A stretch of 29,378 nucleotides of DNA from Candidatus Bathyarchaeota archaeon (GCA_963775685.1 CAVZJV010000010.1:1-29378); one strand, 5' to 3'. Shown: positions 18,769 to 27,989, numbered from the stretch's first letter. The notes: generated from the sequence alone by a model not told the origin. A program made the numbers and translations.

Positions 18769-19110
18769 TTGCTTTTTGGACACAAAAATAAACCCCAAAT
18801 GGAACTCCAAGTAGACTTAGGCGATTTGCAAAACGAAAAAGGAAACCTAACAAGCTTTCTGCAACTACATCTCAAAGTTTCAGTTTCTCAAATTGAGGAC
18901 AAGTTGAGTATAAATTCAGAAAAGGTATCGGCGCAAGAACTGCAACATGTAGTGAACAAGTTTGTTTACCACCGAGACCTAAACAACACACACTGGGTCT
19001 CCGTTGAAGGTGCAACCGTAAAAATAAACAGATTTAAAGTCCTCGAGAAAAAAGAGAAACACGATAAAGAGCCGCCTCACCAAACTGCTGCACAAAGCTG
19101 GGGCCTATAA
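18769..19110 (+). CDS. Divergent eL22 (L22e)-like protein
   Basis: VDL...LTSFLQ...K...LSINSEKVS...LQHVVNKFVYHRDL...WVSV follows the eL22 pattern; size is compatible. Confidence 0.6.
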   Translation: MLFGHKNKPQMELQVDLGDLQNEKGNLTSFLQLHLKVSVSQIEDKLSINSEKVSAQELQHVVNKFVYHRDLNNTHWVSVEGATVKINRFKVLEKKEKHDKEPPHQTAAQSWGL

Positions 19111-19230
19111 AAAAGCAGCGTTAAATCACCATTTCTTTTACAGGTTCCAGCTGCAAAACTGTGCTTTTCGCAGGGGATCCGCAAGAACACGCACTATCGA
19201 AAAGGAATGTAGGATTGAACTATTGAGTTT

Positions 19231-19953
19231 TTATTTCCTTCTCTTAGAGAGAATAAGCACTGCAACAACACCTATCAAACCGACGACAACTCCGACTGTT
19301 GTGATAGGTAACTCTGGAACAGAAGGTGAAGGATTTATCGTTGAACCGAAAATGTTAGTCTCAATAACAGTGTAAGAAATTGTTGTTATAACGGGTTGAG
19401 GTTGTGCTTGAGTTGTTGTTTGAGTGTTTGATTCTAGTAACATTCCTGAAGCTTTGTCATAAACGTAAGTTAGAGTAGTGTTATAATCTGGCGTGGAGAG
19501 TGAAGCATCAAGAATGTTCACTGTTCGGCTAACACCCAAGTAAGTTCGGGTCTCAGTTCTATTGACGACATAAGTGTTAGGCGGAGGTACTGAGTCTCCT
19601 TGGTTCAAGTTGGCAGCTATGATTGGACCTTGTGTACTTGGAACACCGTCTTCATTTCCCGTTTCAATGTTCCAAACTGATACGGTGCCATTTCCAGCGA
19701 TAGCTGTTCCGTTCTTGTATTGACTCGTCGAAAGCAAAGTAACATCCTTTCCAGAGACATCCGTAACCTGGAGTTTTAGCCAGTCATAATCGTTGAAAGA
19801 CTCAACTCCTTGACCTACCCCAACAAAATTACCATATTTTACATATTGACCTGTCTCAACGCCTGGATTGTACGTTACAGCTAAAACAGGAAGTACGAAC
19901 GCTGCCAAAAGGGCAGCAGATAAAAGAGCTGTTAAGAATTTTAATTTTGACAA
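19231..19953 (-). CDS. Secreted protein with a PEF-CTERM-like C-terminal sorting signal
   Basis: Signal peptide, YDKASGMLLE motif, and PSPSVPELP plus TM plus KRRK. TTG 19953 follows GGAG; the ORF is open from 19968. Confidence 0.85.
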   Translation of the reverse strand: MSKLKFLTALLSAALLAAFVLPVLAVTYNPGVETGQYVKYGNFVGVGQGVESFNDYDWLKLQVTDVSGKDVTLLSTSQYKNGTAIAGNGTVSVWNIETGNEDGVPSTQGPIIAANLNQGDSVPPPNTYVVNRTETRTYLGVSRTVNILDASLSTPDYNTTLTYVYDKASGMLLESNTQTTTQAQPQPVITTISYTVIETNIFGSTINPSPSVPELPITTVGVVVGLIGVVAVLILSKRRK

Positions 19954-20117
19954 AATAATAATCTCCAATTATACGTTATTTGCTTTAGTTTTAAACCGTT
20001 CTCTTTGCTCCACAATTAGGACAAAATGTTGCTGTCTGCTGAAAGAGGGTTCCGCAGTATTTGCAAGGAATCATAACAACTTCACGAACAACTTTTCGAG
20101 TGACTTCCCTTCTATCA

Positions 20118-20500
20118 CTACTTGATCCGCAACCACATCCAAAACCAAACGAAAACATCTTTTTCTCCTAAGTGAAGGTTTTGACATTTCTTGTCGTTGA
20201 CTGAGCTGTTCTATTAATACCTCTCGAACCATATCGCAGGCTTGGCTGATCTTTGGGCTGGCAACTCGATAGTATACAGAGAGCCTTCTTTTCTTGTTTT
20301 AACTACTTGTCTCTGTCTCATTATTGCTAAGTGTTGGGAACCGTTGGATTGGCTTGCGCCAAGTTTTTCGGTGAGTTGGTTTACAGTTTTCTCACTATCT
20401 TTTAAGGAATGATGATAGCAATTCTTAGCGGGTGCGCTATTGTTTTTGAAATTTCTGCCTGTAATTCGTATATTGACATGTCAAAAGGTGGTTTCGGCAT
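20118..20500 (-). CDS. ArsR/SmtB-family regulator with several frameshifts; absent from the ORF track
   Basis: Joined frames read MPKPPFDMSIYELQAEISKTIAHPLRIAII.SLKDSEKTVNQLTEKLGASQSN.SQHLAIMRQRQVVKT.KEG...YYRVASPKISQACDMVREVL. Confidence 0.85.
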
Positions 20501-20605
20501 TTCGGTTCCCTGCTTAGTTGAATATTCGGAAATGGTTTTCATCTATTAGGGTTTTCTATTATTCTAAATTGGAGATTTACAAAAAAGAAAGGGATTGAGT
20601 TTTTC

Positions 20606-21436
20606 TCAGCTTACCTGCTGTTCTTGGACGAACGTTCCATGCCATGTATGGACCCAAACTTGTCCAGTGTAGCCGTTGATGCTTAGCATGCCATAGGTTG
20701 TCCCGCCATTAAGCACTTCGATAGTATAGTAGCCGTAGAATGTAGTTACGTCGCCTGTCGTTGCGCCGCTTACGTAGGTGTTTAGGTATTGCTGTGCATT
20801 AGCAGTTGCTTGCGTCGAAGTCACTGTCATGGTTGTGGTTGGGGTTCCAAAGATTCCGCCCAAGATTCCGCCGCGCATCATGCCGTATTTGGTGTTCCAC
20901 ATCATGTTGGGTCCCATTTCGGGGTAGATGCTGCCCGTGTACTTGTTGATTAAGAGTTCAAAGGCTCCATTGCCATTCTTCTCGTTAACTTGGATGTAGA
21001 AGTTCGCTGAGTATTCTTCAACTTGCTTAACTGCTAAGTTAGGGTTGCCTATCGAGGACACATAGTTTTGTGCTATTGTTACTGCATTGGTAATGGTTAG
21101 GGGTGTTCCAGTATTTGCGTAGGGTACTGTGTATCCATAACCTCCCATCATTCCGCCAAAGCCTTGGCCGTTGCCTAATTGACTCATCATCCCGCCTCCG
21201 AACATCATCGGGTAAACTGGCTGATAATACTGGGTTGAAGGTGTTGTTGGGATAGTTGCCCCAGTTGAGTAAGGTGGATTGTTGTTTCCATAGCCGTAGC
21301 CATAGCCTCCTCCCATCATTCCTCCGTAGCCTCCGTAACCGCCGCCCATCATGGCCGCGGCAAACGCGGATGAAGCTAACAGTGCAAACACTATCGCTGC
21401 AACACTGACGAATGTTAATATTTTCCAGTTTTTCAC
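20606..21436 (-). CDS. Secreted Met/Gly-rich protein with PepSY-like domains
   Basis: Signal peptide, repeated GGMMGG, GAFELLINKYTG.IYPEMGPNMMWNTKYGMM, FYGYYT and GMLSINGYTGQVWVHTWHG. Confidence 0.85.
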   Translation of the reverse strand: MKNWKILTFVSVAAIVFALLASSAFAAAMMGGGYGGYGGMMGGGYGYGYGNNNPPYSTGATIPTTPSTQYYQPVYPMMFGGGMMSQLGNGQGFGGMMGGYGYTVPYANTGTPLTITNAVTIAQNYVSSIGNPNLAVKQVEEYSANFYIQVNEKNGNGAFELLINKYTGSIYPEMGPNMMWNTKYGMMRGGILGGIFGTPTTTMTVTSTQATANAQQYLNTYVSGATTGDVTTFYGYYTIEVLNGGTTYGMLSINGYTGQVWVHTWHGTFVQEQQVS

Positions 21437-21494
21437 TTAATTTCACTTTTTTCTTTTACTGATAATATGGTATTCGAATGATATGATGGTTGGC

Positions 21495-21525
21495 TGAAAC
21501 AGTCGTGAAACAGTTTTGAAACGCT
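21495..21525. promoter_or_regulatory. Three phased direct repeats with an 11-bp period
   Basis: TGAAACAGT at 21495, TGAAACAGT at 21506 and TGAAACGCT at 21517, 60-90 nt upstream of the Met/Gly-rich gene. Confidence 0.65.
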
Positions 21526-21649
21526 TTTGTAAGGCTGAGTTAACATCCTTCTTAGTTTCGGGTTCAACCTTAAACCATCACACATATTATGATATTCTAA
21601 TATTAAGAATAACGGGCTTATAGGTCTTTCTCACGTAATTCTAAAATAC

Positions 21650-21900
21650 CATGGAAAACCATCCTTGCGAAGTCAAGGTTTCATGTGTAAACACCCAGTA
21701 AGTATACCCCTTTCTAATGGTGTCTTAGAGAAATAGATAAAGAAATTCAAAACAAAAAGATCAAGAAGCGAATATGCTTTGTCACTGAAGGGCAAAACAG
21801 AACTGCGGTTAGATGAAAGAAACATCGTAAAATTCTTTGAAACAGCAACCGAAGAAGAACTGGCAAAGTCTCTTGATCTGGTATCGCTCAATTGCCATTT
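21650..21900 (+). pseudogene. Remnant of a possible wHTH gene
   Basis: IKKFKTKRSRSEYALSLKGKTELRL wing-like motif, with stops upstream. Confidence 0.3.
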
Positions 21901-21991
21901 TGGATTAAATTCTAATAACGCCCCAACTGTGGATGGGCAACTTAATTAAAAAGAGATTTTTCAAGAAATGAGAATTTCTTTGAGGTATTTT

Positions 21992-22168
21992 TTAGAGAGG
22001 TATTGGGTCGCAGAGGTTTTCTGCTTTTGCGGCTACACGTCCACAGTGTTTGCACAAATACTTGGCATCTTTCACTAAGGCTTTGTACTCTTCGAGGGAT
22101 GTTGTTTTATTGGAAACTTTAAAGCATAGATGTTTTTCGTGACCTGGATGTTTTTCATAAAACGCCAT
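21992..22168 (-). CDS. 58-aa Cys/His putative metal-binding protein; below the ORF-track cutoff
   Basis: MAFYEKHPGHEKHLC...AKYLCKHCGRVAAKAENLCDPIPL; GGTGGTGA RBS; oligo-T tract downstream. Confidence 0.85.
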   Translation of the reverse strand: MAFYEKHPGHEKHLCFKVSNKTTSLEEYKALVKDAKYLCKHCGRVAAKAENLCDPIPL

Positions 22169-22470
22169 TGTAATTCACCACCTTCAAAAGGTCTTTAAGC
22201 TAATTCTATTGGTCAAGTTTAAAAACTTATTCTGGGTTTACACTTGGGTTCCGATTTTTTAGAAACAGCAGAAATCATTTTTTACGATCTACTTACAAAA
22301 AATTGAACTGCTCCGTTAAATCCATAGTCGTTTTGAAGCTGTGTCCTTTTCTTAATAGTGCACGTTTTTTCACCAAAGACTCAGCCCCAAGTTCGGGGAT
22401 GAACCCAGTTAAGACTTAGCCTATTTTAATTTCGAATGCCGCAAGTTAGGTCAAAGCACAACGAGACATG

Positions 22471-22516
22471 TGTATAAGTGTTTATAAGCTTAAATACATA
22501 CACTTATAAGTGTGTA
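22471..22516. promoter_or_regulatory. Operator-like palindrome and TATAAG repeats
   Basis: Perfect palindrome ACACTTATAAGTGT at 22500-22513, plus TATAAGTGT at 22473 and TATAAGCT at 22483. Confidence 0.55.
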
Positions 22517-22643
22517 GACACATATATATTAATGTAAATAAGCAAGCCAACTTGAACTGAGCATAACAAAAAATAAAAACAAGACACGAAAGACATCGAC
22601 ACGCTTATTACGAAAACACGAAAGAACAATAAAGTGACTGAAA

Positions 22644-22781
22644 TTGGGTCGTATCAACGTTGATATTTCAGACGAATTAGAAAAAAAACTAAGACTGAAA
22701 ACGGTAGAAAAATTCGGAGGCAAAAAAGGCGACTTATCCCGAGCTGTCCAAGAAGCAGTAATAACATGCAAAAATCAATAG
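22644..22781 (+). CDS. Ribbon-helix-helix (CopG-like) protein, 45 aa; not in the ORF track
   Basis: MGRINVDISDELEKKLRLKTVEKFGGKKGDLSRAVQEAV, a typical archaeal RHH pattern. Confidence 0.82.
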   Translation: MGRINVDISDELEKKLRLKTVEKFGGKKGDLSRAVQEAVITCKNQ

Positions 22782-23031
22782 AGAATGAAGTCGCCACTCC
22801 TCAACTCCTAATAACTAAATTATTAAGAATGCCCTGGCAATAGGCGCAGGGAGCCAGTTAGCCTAATCACGCATAAAAAATATGTTTATGGGCAATCTAA
22901 CTGAGCCCTTCCTTTTAGAATAGTAATACCAAGCATATAGTGGTGCTTTTAGTCGATTTACGATGGGCAAGAAAAGTTTAAGCCAAAATCCTTGCGAAAC
23001 AAAAAAGTTTATGATTAATAAGGTGGAAATT

Positions 23032-23193
23032 ATGGTAAACAAAAAAGCAGGAAAATTAGAAATTGTCTTTATTGATAATGGAGGAAAATGGTACCCTCTC
23101 GATGAAGTAGACCGTGAAGATTTAGCCGAAGGTTTAGAAAAACTTTCCAAAGAAGTCGCCAATCGACTTCAACTATTAAAAGAACAAAGGTAG
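23032..23193 (+). CDS. Small hypothetical protein
   Basis: AAGGTGG RBS before ATG 23032; amphipathic C-terminal helix. Confidence 0.6.
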   Translation: MVNKKAGKLEIVFIDNGGKWYPLDEVDREDLAEGLEKLSKEVANRLQLLKEQR

Positions 23194-23266
23194 GAGCTTT
23201 CTGGTTTTCAGTGTCTTTGAAGCTTAAATATCCCTTAGCCCTATCCTGTTAGTGGAGAATATTTTT

Positions 23267-23576
23267 ATGGCCAGTTTTAATGTGTCTTTACCTGCAAATT
23301 GGGAAGAATTTGTAAAAGGTTTAGCTTACGACCATAACATTGACGTTAGTAAGGTCGTTGGTGGATTGTGCGACTGGGTTTTTCTAGCCCCGAATACAAA
23401 ATGCAGTTTGAAGTTTGGCTGGGTACGGTTTATCCGCCGAAAGGTCAAGCCGAAGATAGAGCAAAAGCTAAAGGAGAACAAGCGAGTATGCACGAAGAGT
23501 ACCAGCAAGATGAAGCTGAAAAGAAGAAGCCCACGAGGACCGAGACTACAGTGAAGACAGAGATCTTAAGCCTTAA
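23267..23576 (+). CDS. RHH-like protein with an acidic tail; frameshifts near 23383 and 23521
   Basis: MASFNVSLPANWEEFVKGLA...VSKVVGGLCDW joins SPEYKMQFEVWL...QQDEAE and then EEAHEDRDYSEDRDLKP*. GGAG RBS. Confidence 0.6.
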
Positions 23577-23762
23577 CACGCAAAAGTCAACAAATGCAAT
23601 ATTCCTTAACAACTTTTTTCTTTTAGAAACTGGAAACTGAGATGAAAGAAGCAAAGAACGAACGAGAACGTAAAGGCTGACAAAATAGCATTCTGTTAGA
23701 GAAATGATAAAGTAATAAGATACTTCGCCTTAGAAATATACAACTCACAATGGAGTAATTTT

Positions 23763-23960
23763 ATGCCTACAACAATTGGTTTAATATTCAGAAAAATCGT
23801 CAAAGACTTGAAGGCCAAAGACGAAAATCCAAATAGTTACCTAAATAATCCAAACAGCGACTTCTACAATGCCAATTATGATATCAACAATCCATGTAAC
23901 GACATCAACAACCAAAATAGCGGAATCAACAATTCATCAAATAATAAATTCAACAAGTAA
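23763..23960 (+). CDS. Small Asn-rich repeat protein
   Basis: GGAG RBS; LNNP, DINNP, DINNQ and GINNS repeats. Confidence 0.6.
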   Translation: MPTTIGLIFRKIVKDLKAKDENPNSYLNNPNSDFYNANYDINNPCNDINNQNSGINNSSNNKFNK

Positions 23961-24182
23961 CTACGAAGAAACGCTTTGAGAGAGCTCATTCACATGTATC
24001 TGTCAAATTATCTGTCAAAAGAACAAGCGGAAAAACTTGTTACAGAGTATATTCCATGACTCCCTTATGTCTTTTAAGTCTTCAATAGCTCAATGCGCTT
24101 TTGGGTAATTTCGAAACTGAAGCAATCGGGAAATACCTGATTTAGTTTGAAGAGTAGAAGCTAGACCAAAAAAAGCTTAAAA

Positions 24183-24656
24183 TCAAAGCCCTAATTCTTT
24201 TGCTCGTTGCTCTATCTCCTGCATTGTTCTCGATTGTTCCCCACAATTTTTTAAACTATTTTCTAATATTTTTTGATCCACGGGGTAGAGGGTTCTAATT
24301 ATTTCGTCTTGAAGAGGCAACCATTTATCAAGTTTGACTCCAAATTTTGCTTCAATATAGCGTCTTTCTTTTGGAAAGATTTCTTCGTGCCCTTCCGGTG
24401 TGTTCAATCTATAGACTTCGTGGAAAACAAGTTCGTAGAATGCCATTCTATCTTGGCATCTTGTTAAGTGGATAATTTGGTTAGACCAGTTATCGCCCCA
24501 AGCATATCCCCCAGTAGGATACTTGAATTCATTTTTCCACTCGGGACTTAGAGGTTCAAAAACCTCAAACGTAACAGGTTTATGTTTAAAATACCTCTTT
24601 TTGATATGCTCAGTTACTTCAACAATAATCTTATTCTCTTCATTGTTTGGTTTCAA
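24183..24656 (-). CDS. Hypothetical protein with a degenerate zincin-like motif
   Basis: GGYAW...IIHL...FYELVFHEVYRL...GH...F; GGAAGGGA RBS. Confidence 0.65.
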   Translation of the reverse strand: MKPNNEENKIIVEVTEHIKKRYFKHKPVTFEVFEPLSPEWKNEFKYPTGGYAWGDNWSNQIIHLTRCQDRMAFYELVFHEVYRLNTPEGHEEIFPKERRYIEAKFGVKLDKWLPLQDEIIRTLYPVDQKILENSLKNCGEQSRTMQEIEQRAKELGL

Positions 24657-24794
24657 AATTGTTCCCTTCCTTAGTTTATCTTTTAGACATTTTTTAAGCC
24701 GCTTAATCTTTTATTTGCTTATCTATATTTGCCATCTCTTAGCGAACGCTCAAAGGAAACTCAAGTCTATTTTCTTTCCTTATTAGAAGCGCGT

Positions 24795-25019
24795 TTACTT
24801 GTAGATTTTTTGCCTGTCAATAGTTTCGTTTGTGACTTTGATTTTTCCTAAACTACCATTGTGTGCGCTCAACTCAAATTTCAACGTATTTTCCATGTAA
24901 AAGTCTCTGAATTGATTTCCACATTTTTTGCACTTATACATCTTGACTTGGAATCGCCCGAAGTTCCATTCTTTATCAGGTCCTTGCGTATGTGTTGAGC
25001 AATTTGGGCATTTTGGCAT
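24795..25019 (-). CDS. Zinc-ribbon protein with a Cren7-like signature
   Basis: MPKCPNC...PDKEWNFGRFQVKMYKCKKCGNQFR. Confidence 0.75.
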   Translation of the reverse strand: MPKCPNCSTHTQGPDKEWNFGRFQVKMYKCKKCGNQFRDFYMENTLKFELSAHNGSLGKIKVTNETIDRQKIYK

Positions 25020-25165
25020 GACTTTCAACCACACTAGACTAAAGGAAAAAGGCGAATATATACCCATTCAAGCGATAGTTCTAAGCCACAATTTGAAAGT
25101 TCGAATATTCTGCGAATCAAAAAAAAGTTCCCAGTAACAATGGAGGCTGCATTTTTGGCAAGTTT

Positions 25166-25400
25166 TTATTTTTTTCCAATCAAAATCCGCAAAGGCTCCA
25201 CACCTTCAAACGCAACCCCGACAGCCCCTGTAAAGTAGAATTGTTTCAGAACCGCCTTCTCATGTGCAAGATTATGGTCTGGGCTTGGTCTTTTCCAAAA
25301 AGGACACACCTTACAGCGGAGGCTACAGTTGTATGTCAATTTGTGCCCGCAGAAAAAAGGAACTTTTACGCCGAACAAATTTGAGATAAAGTCACGATAG
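25166..25400 (-). pseudogene. 5' fragment of a radical SAM gene (PTO1314-like)
   Basis: PFFCGHKLTYNCSLRCKVCPFW...AFEGVEPL, which stops after ~75 codons. Confidence 0.75.
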
Positions 25401-25676
25401 ATTCTAAGCTCTTACCAAAAGGCTCTATATACTCCCGAACTGTTTTTTCTGCAACGTAATAATTAGAAACCAGTTCTCAACTCCAAAATCCGCAAAGCCA
25501 ATAAATAATCAAATAGCAAAAACTGATACTTCTCTTTTCGTTAAAATCATACAATTAATGGTTTGCTTAGGTCTTTATTGCTATACTTTTTCAGTGTCAA
25601 TTTCAAGCCTCGTTTTTAGTGGGGTGTACCAAAAGATTATATTACTTTCCCCAAACAATTTCTAACGGGTAGGCTC

Positions 25677-25895
25677 TTGGATAGATTACAAGCTGTGGCT
25701 TTGCTAAAAGAGTTAGTGGACAACAATTTAGTTGAACCTTCTTATGTGTCAATGTTTCAAGTAAAGCCTAACAGTTTCCAGATTCAAATAAAATGCGATT
25801 ACAACAAGATAGAGATAGAGGCACATGCAAAGAAACATGCCTTAACCATTACAGAAGATAAAGACCGAAAATACTTGTTGATTTTCAAGCCTTAG
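25677..25895 (+). CDS. Small hypothetical protein
   Basis: Clean 72-aa ORF with a GGTAGG RBS and a T-tract after the stop. Confidence 0.75.
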   Translation: MDRLQAVALLKELVDNNLVEPSYVSMFQVKPNSFQIQIKCDYNKIEIEAHAKKHALTITEDKDRKYLLIFKP

Positions 25896-26325
25896 TCGTC
25901 TTTTTTACGATGGCGGAAAAAGGTATTTAAGATTAAAAGTTGGCAAGTAGGATTAGCTTGGTCCGACTCATCCTCAAATCTTTTTACAGGTAAATTTGGG
26001 TTGGGATCCCCCTCATGAAACGTTTTTTAAGGTGATATTTAAGGTTATTTTGCCAAAATAAGCATAGTTATGGATTATTTGGCGATTCCTCTGAAACGGG
26101 CAAAAGTTAAAGATTAATTTTTACCGTAAAAAACGGGCTTTACAACTGATTGAGTTAGAGTCGGCGTTTTGGACCCCCGCTTGGGTTTGACTGTGTCAAA
26201 AAGAAAGAAGGTGGAGTATTGTATCTAATAAGATGTGCCTCTTATCAAATTTAGATTTAAATACCTGGATTCATCCCAGAGATAATCAAGAATCAGGATA
26301 ACCAATCTGTCACAGTGATGTCTAA

Positions 26326-27246
26326 TTGATTGACACAGAAAACCTAACAAAAAAATTCGGGGACTTAATAGCTGTGGACAGTATTACCCTGCACGTCAAT
26401 GAGGGCGAAATTTTAGGCTTTCTAGGCCCCAACGGAGCGGGCAAGACTACTACCGTGAGGATGCTCTGTTGCCTGATCTCAAAGACGAGCGGAGAAGCCA
26501 GAATAGGCGATTATGATGTCAGCAACGAGGCAGATTCTCTGAAAATAAGAGAGCTCATCGGATTGGTTCCCGACAACGTGGGCCTTTACGATGACTTGAG
26601 CGCCTACGACAACCTGGACTTTTATGGGAAGCTATATGATTGCACAGAAACGCAGAGGAAAGAGAATATTGAGCGCTTTCTCAAGTTGCTTGGGCTCTGG
26701 GAGAAGAAGGGCGTCGCAGCTGGATCTTTCTCCAAAGGGATGAAGCAAAAACTCTCGATAGCACGCGCCCTCATCCATGACCCTCAGATATTGTTCATGG
26801 ATGAGCCAACGGCGAACCTCGACCCAGAATCTTCAAAGACTGTGCGGGATTTCATCCTCGAGCTCAAGAAAGAGAAGAAAACCATCTTCCTGAACACGCA
26901 CAACCTTGACGAGGTGCATAGGATTTGCGATAGGATTGCAATACTGAACACTAGGCTTATGGCAATTGGCACTTCACAAGAACTTGAGAAATCCATTCAA
27001 GGAAGAAAGACGTTAATTCAGCTAGAGCAAGTAGGCGACGCGATACTATCTGCTTTAAGAAAGCTACCACTTCGGAACTTAGTCGTCGAAGGCAACAAAC
27101 TAGCCATCGATGTGACAAATCCCGAAAAAGAGAATGTAGCTATCTTGGACACGATATTCCGAGCCGGCGGTCACGTTCAATCCGTCACCATTGTAGGCTC
27201 AACATTGGAGGATACCTATCTTAAGCTCGTGAGGCAAACCAAATGA
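26326..27246 (+). CDS. ABC-2 type transporter ATP-binding protein
   Basis: Walker A GPNGAGKTT, signature FSKGMKQK, Walker B LFMDEPT and H-loop NTH. Confidence 0.96.
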   Translation: MIDTENLTKKFGDLIAVDSITLHVNEGEILGFLGPNGAGKTTTVRMLCCLISKTSGEARIGDYDVSNEADSLKIRELIGLVPDNVGLYDDLSAYDNLDFYGKLYDCTETQRKENIERFLKLLGLWEKKGVAAGSFSKGMKQKLSIARALIHDPQILFMDEPTANLDPESSKTVRDFILELKKEKKTIFLNTHNLDEVHRICDRIAILNTRLMAIGTSQELEKSIQGRKTLIQLEQVGDAILSALRKLPLRNLVVEGNKLAIDVTNPEKENVAILDTIFRAGGHVQSVTIVGSTLEDTYLKLVRQTK

Positions 27247-27989
27247 GACTCAAAAGATCATGGATCATCGCCTCGAAGGACTTCAAGATATTCTTAAAGA
27301 AGAAAAGCATTATCTATTCAATTATCGTTGTCCCACTCATTGTCTCAATTCTTTTTCCGATTGTGATAGTGCTTGCAGGGCATAGTAATGGTGGAAACGG
27401 AATTCCAGCGCCGGAACTCACGATACTGCTGCCTACATTTTCTTTCTTCTACCTCATCCTCGCAGGTCTTATTCCAACAACTATTGCCTCCTACAGCCTG
27501 GTCGGAGAGAAAGTCGAAAAGAGCCTTGAGCCGCTCTTGGTCACTCCCACGACCGATAGCGAAATCTTGCTCGGAAAGGGAATCGCAGCGTTTCTTCCGC
27601 CCATAGGCGCTATCTTAGGAAGCGCTGCAATCTTTATGTTTCTTTTGGACTTGGTGACACGTGGCACATTGGGCTACTATTTTTTCCCTAACTGGAATGC
27701 AGCCATTGTACTTTTTCTTATGGTTCCTTTGGCGGTCGTAATGAGTGTCGAGTGGAACGTCATTGTCTCGGCCAGGGTGAGCGATGTGCGCATTGCGCAA
27801 CAGATTGGAATTTTCTTGATTCTCCCCTTCGGGGGGATCTATGTCGCCGGTGAACTTGGTTTAATACAGCTCAGCAGCACCATCACCCTCCTCCTCATCA
27901 CTGCTATTATTTTGGTGGTTGATGCGTGTCTGCTTTACGTCGCCAAGGCAACTTTCCAAAGGGAGGAAATATTGACGAAATGGAAGTAG
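27243..27989 (+). CDS. ABC-2 type transporter permease
   Basis: SLVGEKVEKSLEPLLVTP...EILLGK, six TM segments, ATGA overlap with the ATPase gene. Confidence 0.95.
   Translation: MRLKRSWIIASKDFKIFLKKKSIIYSIIVVPLIVSILFPIVIVLAGHSNGGNGIPAPELTILLPTFSFFYLILAGLIPTTIASYSLVGEKVEKSLEPLLVTPTTDSEILLGKGIAAFLPPIGAILGSAAIFMFLLDLVTRGTLGYYFFPNWNAAIVLFLMVPLAVVMSVEWNVIVSARVSDVRIAQQIGIFLILPFGGIYVAGELGLIQLSSTITLLLITAIILVVDACLLYVAKATFQREEILTKWK

Noticed and set aside
21290-21352. Short DNA repeats in the Met/Gly-rich gene as a contingency locus or DGR target
   Set aside because: They are explained by GGY/GGMM amino-acid repeats with varied codons, and no reverse transcriptase or TR/VR pair is present.
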